A DNA stretch of 64,000 nucleotides from Rickettsiales bacterium (lineage in GTDB: Bacteria > Pseudomonadota > Alphaproteobacteria > Rickettsiales > JAIXRX01). Positions 51,565 through 60,232 of the stretch are shown here, piece after piece. The notes beneath the pieces are model-generated. The model did not search any database. It was not told the origin of the DNA and saw nothing but the letters and a program-made list of their open reading frames with translations. Location: NCBI GenBank assembly GCA_965247145.1, contig CBDFGH010000010.1:38231-102230 (forward strand), in the 5' to 3' direction. The translations under genes and the position numbers were made by a program. Each line of letters opens with the position of its first letter. Within the stretch, counting starts at the first letter, position 1.

Positions 51565-51578
51565 CACGCAAGCAATGC

Positions 51579-51956
51579 TTACTTTACTTCGACTTTGGCA
51601 CCGGCTTTGGTCATGATGTCTTTGATCTTTTCGGCTTCTTCTTTGTTCACGCCTTCCTTGATCGCCTTCGGCGCGCCTTCGACCAGGTCTTTGGCCTCTT
51701 TCAGGCCGAGACCGGTGATCGCACGTACTTCTTTGATGGCGTTGATCTTGTTGGCGCCGGCATCGAGCAGCATGACGGTGAATTCGGTTTGTTCTTCGGC
51801 GGCGGCAGCCGGGGCAGCGCCACCGGCAGCGGCAGCGGCTACGGGAGCAGCAGCGGAAACGCCCCATTTTTCTTCGAGCATTTTGGAGAGTTCAGCGGCT
51901 TCGATCACGGTGAGGGCCGAGAGTTGATCGACCAGTTTTTCGAGATTGGCGGACAT
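51579..51956 (-). CDS. rplL: 50S ribosomal protein L7/L12
   Basis: [27 protein letters not shown]...Ala-rich hinge...[23 protein letters not shown]... Confidence 0.97.
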   Translation of the reverse strand: MSANLEKLVDQLSALTVIEAAELSKMLEEKWGVSAAAPVAAAAAGGAAPAAAAEEQTEFTVMLLDAGANKINAIKEVRAITGLGLKEAKDLVEGAPKAIKEGVNKEEAEKIKDIMTKAGAKVEVK

Positions 51957-52005
51957 GAGATATACCTTGGTTTGAGTGGGTTAGTAAGTAGTAAATATTT
52001 GCGGT

Positions 52006-52512
52006 CTACTTTTCGCTGTAGGCCGAAATGACACGGGCCACGGCACCGGCCGGCGCTTGCAGCACGCTGGCGATCCGTTGGGCCGGGGTTTGCAGCAGGC
52101 CGACCAGTTGTCCGCGCAATTCATCGAGCGAGGGCATTTTCGCCAGTGCTTCCACTTGGCGGATGTCCAGACGCTTTTCGCCGAAACCACCGCCGACGAG
52201 CTTCAGCTTGTCGTTGGTCTTGGCGAATTCGGCGAAGACCTTGGCGGGGGCGACGGGGTCGGTGGCATAAGCCACCACCGTCGGGCCGACGAACAGATCG
52301 GTCAGGCCTTCGAATTTGGTGTTTTTCAGCGACAATTTGGTCAGGCGGTTCTGCGTGACTTTGATGCGGATACCGGCGTCGCGGCTTTTGCGGCGCAGGT
52401 TGGTCATCTCGGCCACCGTCAGGCCCTTGTAATGGGCGATGACGACCACGGCAGCTTCATTCAGCGCGCCGTTCAGGTCGGTGATGTATTGGGCTTTTTC
52501 GGTGCGGTTCAT
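52006..52512 (-). CDS. rplJ: 50S ribosomal protein L10
   Basis: MNRTEKAQYITDLNGALNEAAVVVIAHYKGLTVAEMTNLRRK... is typical L10. Confidence 0.95.
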   Translation of the reverse strand: MNRTEKAQYITDLNGALNEAAVVVIAHYKGLTVAEMTNLRRKSRDAGIRIKVTQNRLTKLSLKNTKFEGLTDLFVGPTVVAYATDPVAPAKVFAEFAKTNDKLKLVGGGFGEKRLDIRQVEALAKMPSLDELRGQLVGLLQTPAQRIASVLQAPAGAVARVISAYSEK

Positions 52513-52534
52513 CGGAACTCTCCCTCGACTTCGA

Positions 52535-53269
52535 TTAAGCGGCGTCGGCGGTGGAGGCCAAATCGACCTTCACGCTGCGACCCATGGTGGAGGAGATGGA
52601 CACCTTCTTCATGTAAGTGCCCTTCGCGCCTGCCGGTTTCGCCTTGGTCACGGCCGAAAGGAACGCACGGATGTTTTGTTCGATCGCCTCGGCGGCAAAG
52701 CTCGCCTTGCCGACGCCGGCATGCAGGATGCCCGCTTTTTCCACGCGGAATTCGACTTCCCCGCTCTTGGCTTTCTTTACGGCGTCCGCCACGTTCGGCG
52801 TCACGGTGCCGAGCTTCGGGTTCGGCATCAGGCCGCGGGGGCCGAGTACCTTACCGAGTTTACCGACTAGCACCATCATGTCCGGGGTGGCGATCACGCG
52901 GTCGTAGTTCAATTCGCCTTTTTGCATGGCCTCGGCCAGCTCTTCGGCGCCCACCACGTCCGCCCCGGCTTCCGTCGCGGCGGTTGCTTTGTCGCCACGG
53001 GCGAACACGGCCACACGCACTTCTTTGCCCAGACCGTTCGGCATGGCGACCATGCCACGAACCTGCTGGTCCGAATGGCGGGGATCGACGCCGAGATTGA
53101 CCGATACGTCGATCGTCTCGTCGAATTTGGTTTTGGCATTGTCCTTCACCAGGGCGATCGCCTCGGTGAGCGTGTAAAGCTTTTCGCGTTCGATGGCCTT
53201 GTCCGCGCCCTGCAGGCGCTTGGAGACTTTGGGGCCGGTGGGACGCTTATTGGCTGATTCTTTGGCCAT
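52535..53269 (-). CDS. rplA: 50S ribosomal protein L1
   Basis: ...[24 protein letters not shown]...LPNG.GK..RVAVFA.G. The ATG at 53269 is preceded by GAGGAA. Confidence 0.95.
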   Translation of the reverse strand: MAKESANKRPTGPKVSKRLQGADKAIEREKLYTLTEAIALVKDNAKTKFDETIDVSVNLGVDPRHSDQQVRGMVAMPNGLGKEVRVAVFARGDKATAATEAGADVVGAEELAEAMQKGELNYDRVIATPDMMVLVGKLGKVLGPRGLMPNPKLGTVTPNVADAVKKAKSGEVEFRVEKAGILHAGVGKASFAAEAIEQNIRAFLSAVTKAKPAGAKGTYMKKVSISSTMGRSVKVDLASTADAA

Positions 53270-53380
53270 GGGATTCCTCATTCTTTTCGGTTTCTCCTAC
53301 GATGGCCTGAAGCGTGACAGGGTCGTAGTACGGTCGAATGCGAAAAGGGCAGACCCTTCGAGCATTGATTCAGTCGGGTT

Positions 53381-53818
53381 TTAGGCAGCTTCTCCGGTGA
53401 CTTCCAAACCCATCGACAGCGCGGTGCCGCGCAGCATGGCGGCGGCGCCTTCGACGTCGTTGGCGTTCAGATCGGACATTTTCACTTTCGCCACTTCGCG
53501 CAGATCGTCCATCGACACTTTGCCGACGATGTTCTTTCCGGGCTCTTTCGAACCGGCGGTGAGGTTCGCCTTCTTCATGATGAGGTAGGAAGCGGGCGGC
53601 GTCTTCGTCACGAAGGTGAAGGAGCGATCCGAGAATACGGTGATGACGACCGGGGTGGGCTGGCCCACTTCGATCTTCTGGGTGGCCGCGTTGAACTGCT
53701 TGCAGAATTCCATGATGTTTACGCCGCGCTGACCGAGCGCCGGCCCGATGGGCGGCGAAGGGTTCGCTTTCCCGGCGGGAATCTGCAGCTTGATGTATCC
53801 GTCGATTTTCTTGGCCAT
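53381..53818 (-). CDS. rplK: 50S ribosomal protein L11
   Basis: [43 protein letters not shown]... Confidence 0.97.
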   Translation of the reverse strand: MAKKIDGYIKLQIPAGKANPSPPIGPALGQRGVNIMEFCKQFNAATQKIEVGQPTPVVITVFSDRSFTFVTKTPPASYLIMKKANLTAGSKEPGKNIVGKVSMDDLREVAKVKMSDLNANDVEGAAAMLRGTALSMGLEVTGEAA

Positions 53819-53946
53819 GACCGTATCCTAATGCGTCCTTTTGCGGAGTATCTCGCGCGGACTTGTCGTCAAAAGAGGGCGAACTTATAGAGCAGTTTGC
53901 GGGAAGTGCAATGGGTATTTTGCAGATTTTTGCGGTGATCGGAAAA

Positions 53947-54056
53947 GCCCTCTCCCTCTGGGAGAGGGTGGGGTGAGGGTCTCTCCGCTTGCTTCGCCGC
54001 CAGTAGAGAGACCCTCATCCTCCGCTTCGCTCCCCCTTCTCCCAAAGGGAGAAGGC
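53947..54056. repeat. Nested-palindrome intergenic repeat, copy 5 (subtype B)
   Basis: ccctctccctctgggagagggtggggtgagggtctctc ... gagagaccctcatcctccgcttcgctcccccttctcccaaagggagaagg. It abuts the nusG stop codon. Confidence 0.8.
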
Positions 54057-54057
54057 G

Positions 54058-54597
54058 TTATGCGACTTTATCCACCTGCCCGTAATCCAACTCCACCGGC
54101 GTTGGGCGACCGAAGATCGACACCGAAACCTTCACCTTTTCGCGGCCTTCGTCGATGTCTTCGACGATGCCGGTGAAGGATTCGAACGGGCCGTCATTGA
54201 CCTTCACGGTCTCGCCGATCTGGTAGGAGATGGCGCGTTTCGGCTTCTCGGCGCCTTCGGTCATCTGGAGCAGCAGCGCGGAAATCTCGGCTTCCGGCAC
54301 GGGCACGGGGCGTCCGCCCTTGCCGCCGCCCAGGAAATCCGTCACTTTCGGGATGCTTTTCACCAGGTGCCAGGTCTGATCGCTCAGCTCCATCTTCACC
54401 AGCATGTAGCCGGGGAAATACTTCCGGTCCGACGCCACTTTCTTGCCGCGGCGGATTTCCACCACGCTTTCGGTGGGCACGATCACTTCCTCGATCTTAT
54501 CGGTGAGGCCTTGCTGGGCGGCTTTTTCCTTGATGGTCTGGGCGACCTTGTTCTCGAAACCGGAATGGGCGTGAAGGATGTACCAACGGGCTGCCAT
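54058..54597 (-). CDS. nusG: Transcription termination/antitermination factor NusG
   Basis: RWYILHAHSGFENKV... NGN domain and a C-terminal KOW (...ETVKVNDGPFESFTGIVEDID...). Confidence 0.95.
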   Translation of the reverse strand: MAARWYILHAHSGFENKVAQTIKEKAAQQGLTDKIEEVIVPTESVVEIRRGKKVASDRKYFPGYMLVKMELSDQTWHLVKSIPKVTDFLGGGKGGRPVPVPEAEISALLLQMTEGAEKPKRAISYQIGETVKVNDGPFESFTGIVEDIDEGREKVKVSVSIFGRPTPVELDYGQVDKVA

Positions 54598-54633
54598 GTG
54601 TCTGCTCCTGCGGGGAATATCTAAAAAGTTGGG

Positions 54634-54825
54634 TTAGCGGCCGATGCCGAGGATGGCGCTGACGCCGTTGGAGATCGCGTAATCCACGCACAGGAAGAAA
54701 ATCGCCGCGATCAGCACCAGCACCAGTACGGTGACGGTGGAGGCGATCGTCTCCTTGCGGCTGGGCCAGGTGGTGCGGGCGGCTTCGACACGCACTTCGC
54801 GGATAAATTTGGCGGGATTCATCAT
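54634..54825 (-). CDS. secE: Preprotein translocase subunit SecE
   Basis: MMNPAKFIREVRVEAARTTWPSRKET + one TM. Lies immediately upstream of nusG. Start is at 54825 or 54822. Confidence 0.85.
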   Translation of the reverse strand: MMNPAKFIREVRVEAARTTWPSRKETIASTVTVLVLVLIAAIFFLCVDYAISNGVSAILGIGR

Positions 54826-54955
54826 CAGTCTCCGAAAAGACAAGTTGGGGGGAGGACCGGTGTCCGTCATCAAAATGTCATTGGCATTAGGGGGAGGAGC
54901 GCAGTTATACGCATGTTGACGAATTAGCCAAGCTTTTTATGAAAGGTCGTCCATC

Positions 54956-55750
54956 ATGAAACCACCGGTCGACTCACCGGCTAGTCAGAATACGCACGGG
55001 CAATCCTACGATCCCATGCGTAAGAGCAAAACACTCACGCCGCGTGAAACAGTCAAGCAGGCGGCCAAGGATTTATATTACATCGCCGCCGAATATCAGA
55101 GCCGATGCAACCGCACGCCGCTTGGGGGAAAGAACGCGCCCCACTTTCTAGACCAAGACCTCATTCAGCAACGGATGCGTGATGCCATGAACGATGGCAG
55201 GGCTGCCGTATATAATGAATTGCGCCCTGTATTGACGCTGGCCGGCATACTCTCCGTATTGGGCACCAGCCCTCAGGAAATGCGCTCCGCCGCTAACGGC
55301 ACGGATAATGACGATTACACCATTCTGATGGGCACCAAAGCATTTCCCTATTATGCCTCCATTATTCAGGCAGGCGGAATACCTGCGAGAATCCACTCCG
55401 AAGATGTGATGGATACCCCCGGATCGAATGCCTCCGCAGCGGATCTGCAGGAATGGGCCGATTTGCAGAGGAAAGCGAGCGCTCCCCGAATCGATGATCC
55501 AGCCGTGCTGGACAAGGTTGACAGCGAGAGCGTAAAAGCCATTCCCACAGCCGCACTTCTGCCCACCATGGGGATGTATCTCGAAAAACTTCAAGTCGCC
55601 GCCGCCGCGCTGGCGGTTGAGAAAAGAGAAGAGCACCCTGCCAGAAACGAGGGGACTTCCGCCATCGGGGTGATGCAAAACGCGTTGAACGACCTTTTCG
55701 GAAAATACAATACTTGCCGTACGGGCCCAAGAAGTGTGACATTTCGATAG
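54956..55750 (+). CDS. Hypothetical soluble protein (264 aa), lower GC, orphan
   Basis: ATG ORF with no signal peptide, TM segment or recognisable motif. Convergent with the mer-like operon. Confidence 0.5.
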   Translation: MKPPVDSPASQNTHGQSYDPMRKSKTLTPRETVKQAAKDLYYIAAEYQSRCNRTPLGGKNAPHFLDQDLIQQRMRDAMNDGRAAVYNELRPVLTLAGILSVLGTSPQEMRSAANGTDNDDYTILMGTKAFPYYASIIQAGGIPARIHSEDVMDTPGSNASAADLQEWADLQRKASAPRIDDPAVLDKVDSESVKAIPTAALLPTMGMYLEKLQVAAAALAVEKREEHPARNEGTSAIGVMQNALNDLFGKYNTCRTGPRSVTFR

Positions 55751-55812
55751 AAAATTTATGGAACCTCACCCGTCCTTGCGTGGTTTACCGACCGATCGAA
55801 CAGGCCCGCTGA

Positions 55813-56202
55813 TTATCCCGCATTGAAATAACGCGCGACAAAGGCGAAATAAAATCCGATCGCATACATGGCCAGCGAGAAGGTGAATACGGCCAGACTG
55901 ACCCGGCGTAACCGGCGGCAGGATCTGGCCTGGGCCGGATCGGCCGGACAAGGGGCATAACGGCTTTTCCACCGCATCAGCCCGGAGAAGGTCAGCATGC
56001 AAGCGGCGAAGAGGAACAGCGCCACTTTATGCTCCGACAGCCAGATCAGTTGCGGCACGTTGGAAACTAACCCGCCCAAAGCCGCGCCTGCACCCAATGC
56101 GACGAACAACGCAGGCAGGGCACAGCAGAACAAAGTACTGAACGAGCCGAAAAGCGCCAATGTCGAGACGAGGCTGGAAGGTTTTGGTTTGGCGATGGGC
56201 AT
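55813..56202 (-). CDS. MerT/MerC-like inner-membrane metal-ion transporter
   Basis: ~129 aa and ~3-4 TMs. A vicinal Cys pair in TM1 (FCCALPALFVALG; compare the MerT CCxxP motif) and a second Cys pair in a loop (APCPADPAQARSC). The ATG overlaps the merP-like stop (TGATG). Confidence 0.6.
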   Translation of the reverse strand: MPIAKPKPSSLVSTLALFGSFSTLFCCALPALFVALGAGAALGGLVSNVPQLIWLSEHKVALFLFAACMLTFSGLMRWKSRYAPCPADPAQARSCRRLRRVSLAVFTFSLAMYAIGFYFAFVARYFNAG

Positions 56203-56486
56203 CACTCGGCCCGTGCAATGGCGGTGACGCTGTAGCCCGCATCCGTCAGCACTTTAGTGATCGCCGCATCGTCCAGCGTTTGTTTCGGCTTGGTGGCGAT
56301 GGTCACCAACTTCTTATCCAGATCGACCGTTACGGAATCGACTTCGGGCTGCGCTTTGAAACTCTTCTCGATGCCGGTGGCGCAGAAGGAACAGACCAGC
56401 CCGTTGACGTTCGCCTTGATCGTTTCGGCTTGGGCCGTGCCTGCCAGCAGGAACAGCGCCGCACCCATCATCCATACTCCACGCAT
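56202..56486 (-). CDS. merP: Periplasmic heavy-metal-associated (HMA) protein, MerP-like
   Basis: Signal peptide MRGVWMMGAALFLLAGTAQA, then VNGLVCSFCATGIEK (GMxCxxC-type metal site) in a ~70-aa ferredoxin-like domain. Confidence 0.75.
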   Translation of the reverse strand: MRGVWMMGAALFLLAGTAQAETIKANVNGLVCSFCATGIEKSFKAQPEVDSVTVDLDKKLVTIATKPKQTLDDAAITKVLTDAGYSVTAIARAE

Positions 56487-56495
56487 CGTTATCTC

Positions 56496-57125
56496 CTAAA
56501 ATTGTAATTGCCAGTTGAACATGAATTGGTCGTTGCTACTGTATCCGGCTTCCAACAGCGTGGTTTTGTAGAAAAAACGCACCAATGGCGTCACCACCAG
56601 TGTCTGGTCCTTGGCCGGGTGATGGTCGACCTGAAGCATGAACCAGGTGTTGATGCCGTCGTAATCCGCCAGATAGGGCGCAACCCCGATGCGTGCCCGC
56701 TGCCAGGCCGAACTTTCGATGTTGTCCGCAACCATGAACCGGGCCTCGACCGAGGTGAAGACACGCCGCGTTTCGTAATCCGCCAGAAAGCCCGTCCAGG
56801 CCGAAGCTTCGTCCTCGCCATGAAAACGCGAAACGCCCGCTCCCGTCATGTTGAAGATATTGCCCTGACCGTCCGGCAGGTTCCACCGTTGAATCAGCGT
56901 ATTCACCTGCGGGCCGAGCGTGGCGAATTCCTTGCCGCCGCTTTCCTGCTTGGCATACAGGCCCAGCGCATAGCGCGGTGTCACCGTATAATCCAGCGAG
57001 AGGCTGTGGCCGGTCTCGTCGTTTTCCTGCATCGCCATCGTCCCGCCGACATAGGAAAGTGGCTTGGCGCGTGCGTTTTCAGTCACTCCGAAAACAAGGA
57101 ACGATGCGCATAGACATCCCGTCAT
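56496..57125 (-). CDS. Predicted outer-membrane beta-barrel protein (209 aa), unknown family
   Basis: Signal peptide MTGCLCASFLVFGVTENARA, alternating hydrophobic/polar strands and a C-terminal ...FNWQLQF (terminal Phe). Confidence 0.5.
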   Translation of the reverse strand: MTGCLCASFLVFGVTENARAKPLSYVGGTMAMQENDETGHSLSLDYTVTPRYALGLYAKQESGGKEFATLGPQVNTLIQRWNLPDGQGNIFNMTGAGVSRFHGEDEASAWTGFLADYETRRVFTSVEARFMVADNIESSAWQRARIGVAPYLADYDGINTWFMLQVDHHPAKDQTLVVTPLVRFFYKTTLLEAGYSSNDQFMFNWQLQF

Positions 57126-57219
57126 GGCGCGTTGGTAACATGACGCATATCGCCTCCAGGGCTTAGAAACGATGCGGCGCGCGGGCAAGGCATGGTCAGG
57201 AAGAAAATCGGGGCGGGCT

Positions 57220-57642
57220 CTAATCGGCATCGTCGTGCATGTGGTCGAGGATGGGGCACTGGCTGGTCGGCGCATCGCCGCCCGGGCAGCGTTGGGCCAA
57301 TGTTCTCAAGACCGATTGAATTTCTTTGAGTTCCTGAATGCGACGCTCGGCGTCCGCGATCTTCGCTTCGGTGCGGGAAAGCATTTTACCGCAGGTTGCT
57401 TCGTCGGAAGCGTCGAGAAGAAGCAATTGCTTGATTTCTTCCAGCGTGAACTGCAGCGCCTTTGCGCCTCGAATGAATTTTACCCGCCGAATCGCATCCG
57501 GGCCGTAAAGCCGATAGCCGGAGGCCGAGCGCCGCGCGGCCACGACAAGGCCGAGCTTTTCGTAATAGCGCAACGTATCCGTGCGCGTACCGGTACGCGC
57601 GGCCAGGGTTCCAATGGTCAGATCGATGTTTTTTTTATGCAT
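57220..57642 (-). CDS. merR: MerR-family metal-responsive regulator with a Hg-MerR-like tri-cysteine pattern
   Basis: HTH LTIGTLAARTGTRTDTLRYYEKLGL. Cysteines at 84, 119 and 129 (spacing 35 and 10). The CPGGDAPTSQCPIL segment resembles the C117-C126 loop of Tn21 MerR as I recall it. Confidence 0.8.
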   Translation of the reverse strand: MHKKNIDLTIGTLAARTGTRTDTLRYYEKLGLVVAARRSASGYRLYGPDAIRRVKFIRGAKALQFTLEEIKQLLLLDASDEATCGKMLSRTEAKIADAERRIQELKEIQSVLRTLAQRCPGGDAPTSQCPILDHMHDDAD

Positions 57643-57648
57643 GCGAAC

Positions 57649-57680
57649 AAGCTACACCTTGGAGTATGCTCCAAGGTCAA
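57649..57680 (-). promoter_or_regulatory. MerR-type promoter/operator
   Basis: Minus strand: TTGACC-ttggagcatactccaaggtg-TAGCTT-gttcgc-ATG. The spacer is an over-long 20 bp and contains the perfect dyad ACCTTGGAG-cata-CTCCAAGGT (57656-57677). The -10 element ends 6 nt before the merR ATG. Confidence 0.75.
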
Positions 57681-57835
57681 AGGATTTTTTCGTCCAGGCC
57701 CCGCAGCATAGGCCGACCCGCACAGGCCGCTGCTTCCAAGGGGTGAGAGCATACCATGCCGCTCGGGCCGCGATACGCAGCCTTTTGGGCGAGAGTCAAT
57801 GCGGATGCCACGGTTTTTCGCTCCGCTTACGGCGA

Positions 57836-58486
57836 TCAGGCTACCGCTTCACGCCATGTCTCATGGTAATCCGCTTCCGTTTTGGCGCGCACTTCTTCCG
57901 CGCCTACGCCCGGCGCGAGTTCGATCAATCGCAGCCCGGCCTCGTCGCGCGCGAACACCGCCAGATCGGTGACGATCATCGTCACCACGCCCGCGCCGGT
58001 CAGCGGCAGGGTGCAGGCTTTCAGGATTTTCGGCGCGCCGTCTTTGGTGGTGTGTTCCATCAGGGCGATGATTTTTTTGACACCCGCCACGAGGTCCATC
58101 GCGCCGCCCATGCCTTTGACCATCTTGCCCGGCACCATCCAATTGGCAATGTCGCCGTTTTCGGCGACTTCGAGCGCGCCTAAGATGGTGAGGTCGATAT
58201 GCCCGCCGCGGATCATCGCGAAGCTGAGCGCGCTGTCGAAATAACTCGAATCCGGCAATTCGCTGATCGTCTGCTTCCCCGCATTGATGAGGTCGGGGTC
58301 GATGGTCGCCTCGGTCGGAAACGGCCCCATGCCCAGCATCCCGTTCTCGCTCTGGAAGGTGACATGCATGCCGGGTGGAATGTGGTTGGCCACGAGCGTG
58401 GGCAGGCCGATGCCGAGATTCACATACGCGCCGTCATACAGCTCCAGCGCCGCACGCGCGGCCATTTCGTCTCGGTTCCAGGGCAT
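57836..58486 (-). CDS. scoB: 3-oxoacid CoA-transferase subunit B
   Basis: ...[17 protein letters not shown]...FQSENGMLG...GGAMDLV... are typical ScoB/AtoA motifs. Confidence 0.9.
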   Translation of the reverse strand: MPWNRDEMAARAALELYDGAYVNLGIGLPTLVANHIPPGMHVTFQSENGMLGMGPFPTEATIDPDLINAGKQTISELPDSSYFDSALSFAMIRGGHIDLTILGALEVAENGDIANWMVPGKMVKGMGGAMDLVAGVKKIIALMEHTTKDGAPKILKACTLPLTGAGVVTMIVTDLAVFARDEAGLRLIELAPGVGAEEVRAKTEADYHETWREAVA

Positions 58487-58510
58487 TGTCGCTCTTTCGA
58501 ATGATGGAGG

Positions 58511-58636
58511 TTAGCGCTTGCTGGAATCTTTGCTCAGCGCATTCTGCACGTTGGAACCACCGGCGGGCGGCTTCGGCGGGGCGGCTTTTTTGGGTTTCTT
58601 GGCTTCGCGGTTGGATTTCTGTTGTCCTTTGGCCAT
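58511..58636 (-). CDS. Candidate small basic protein (41 aa), not in the ORF track
   Basis: [45 protein letters not shown] lies 8 nt upstream of the ATG. It sits in the gap between the repaired scoA end and scoB. It resembles small Lys-rich proteins (M.KGQ..SN+E.+KPK...) that I recall from other proteobacteria. Confidence 0.4.
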   Translation of the reverse strand: MAKGQQKSNREAKKPKKAAPPKPPAGGSNVQNALSKDSSKR

Positions 58637-58702
58637 GATGGTCGCTCCGTGATGGTGATTGAGGGGATAGGATAGCGGATGTCGCGCTTTCGCGCGCGAT
58701 GT

Positions 58703-59412
58703 TTATGCGCTCCGCACCGTACGGAACTCGATGCGTTTCTCAAACGTCTCGCCCACGAACACCCGCTGCACGAAGATGCCGGGGTGTGGATGTTGTCCGC
58801 GTCCAGATGATCGACCAGCTCTTCGACTTCCGCCACAGTCACCTTGCCCGCCATCGCCATCATCGGGTTGAAGTTGCGGGCGGTTTTGCGATAGACGAGA
58901 TTCCCGCTGCGGTCGGCTTTCCAGGCTTTTACGATGGCGAGGTCGCCGCGCAGGGCGGTTTCCATCACGAAAGTCTGGGGCTCGCCGTCCGGCCCCGGGA
59001 ATTCCCGCAGCTCCTTGCCTTCCGCCACGATGGTGCCCACCCCGGTGCGGGTGAAGAAGGCGGGGATGCCCGCGCCCCCGGCGCGGATGCGTTCGGCGAG
59101 CGTGCCTTGCGGGTTGAATTCCAGCTCCAGCTCGCCGCTGAGATATTGCTTCTCGAAGGTCTTGTTCTCGCCCACATAGGAGGAAATCATCTTCCGGATC
59201 TGGCGGGTATGCAGCAGCTGCCCCAGCCCGAAATCATCCACCCCGCAATTGTTGCTGATCACGGTGAGGTCTTTCACGCCCGAGGCATGGATGGCGCGGA
59301 TGCAGTTCTCGGCGATGCCGCACAGCCCAAACCCGCCGGAGAGGAGGGTGATGCCGTCACGAAGCAGGTCGCTGAGAGCAACGGTTGCGTTGGCGTAGAC
59401 TTTATCGGCCAT
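58703..59412 (-). pseudogene. scoA: 3-oxoacid CoA-transferase subunit A with an apparent 1-nt frameshift near 58779-58785
   Basis: The sequence is canonical ScoA up to ...[11 protein letters not shown] and then reads nonsense (ASSCSGCSW...). Shifting one nt at caCCCCGGc gives [25 protein letters not shown] (stop at 58703-58705), the expected ScoA C-terminus. Confidence 0.75.
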
Positions 59413-59415
59413 GAT

Positions 59416-60132
59416 TCAGTGCTCCTGATGCATCCGGATCGCCCGGAAGAATTGGTAGGGCGGATAATCGCGCAGCTTGGGGTATTCGCGCCTGCGTTTC
59501 AAGTTCCAGAAACTGATCATGCGGTCGCGTTCGCGGTTGAACAAGGTAGGGTTTTCACGCGCAAAGCGGTGCCATGTCGCCCAATCCGCACGCTGTAAAC
59601 ATTGTTCCGCCAAAGGGATGCTGATCTTAGTGACATAACCGCCAATGCCTTGAAGCAAGACGGCCAAGGCAGGCGGCGTATCATGATTCAGCAACCGGCC
59701 AAGCGCGATTTCACGCACGAAGCCATCGGCATGCATGCCGAGTATCACGAACAATAGCAGTCGTGTTGGGCGATCCCACAACGAGGTCTCGCGCAAAAGA
59801 GCAATCAAATCGAGATGCCGAAGCGGGCGTGGGAAAAATATGGGATAACCCTGCTGCTTCCAAAAACCAAACTTGCGCCACAAATGTCGGTCAATCCGCG
59901 TAAAAAGCAGTTTGAGCAATGTGTAACGCACCTGGAATTTCTGCTTGCTCCAAGCGCCGACAAGCAGAGGATATGTTGCGCCGTAACTAACCAAATTTTC
60001 CGATTCGATGGCGAGATTGTCCACTCCATGCTTCTGTAGGATTCTCATCACGGGTTTGAGCGTGGTTTCTCCTAGCCATGGAAAGCAAGCTTCCATGTCG
60101 GGCAGTCCTTCGATTTCTACGTAACGAAGCAT
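59416..60132 (-). CDS. Hypothetical protein (238 aa), lower GC, first gene of the scoAB transcription unit
   Basis: Its stop lies 3 nt before the scoA ATG, and the scoA RBS (AGGAG) lies in its 3' end. No family recognised. Confidence 0.5.
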   Translation of the reverse strand: MLRYVEIEGLPDMEACFPWLGETTLKPVMRILQKHGVDNLAIESENLVSYGATYPLLVGAWSKQKFQVRYTLLKLLFTRIDRHLWRKFGFWKQQGYPIFFPRPLRHLDLIALLRETSLWDRPTRLLLFVILGMHADGFVREIALGRLLNHDTPPALAVLLQGIGGYVTKISIPLAEQCLQRADWATWHRFARENPTLFNRERDRMISFWNLKRRREYPKLRDYPPYQFFRAIRMHQEH

Positions 60133-60232
60133 AGGTAACCAAATCTGCGGTGAGCCTCCCTTTTTCGCTGGTAATTCCCTAATTTCCAGTTAAAAGCGCG
60201 CATCTCCAAAAAATTCCTACAGGAACGCTCTC

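Noticed and set aside
53841-54176. ORFs that translate the repeat elements (for example ...SPLPLGEGGVRVSPLASPP..., and the first 29 codons of the track's ppx ORF).
   Set aside because: They coincide with the palindromic repeats or overlap nusG, and have no independent coding evidence.
54826-54955. The expected tRNA-Trp upstream of secE.
   Set aside because: No cloverleaf or GTTCRANYC T-loop with pairing stems could be folded on either strand.
58534-58702. The C-terminal extension of the 292-aa scoA ORF (…[17 protein letters not shown]…[11 protein letters not shown]).
   Set aside because: It is a product of the frameshift. The authentic ScoA C-terminus is in the adjacent frame and ends at 58703.
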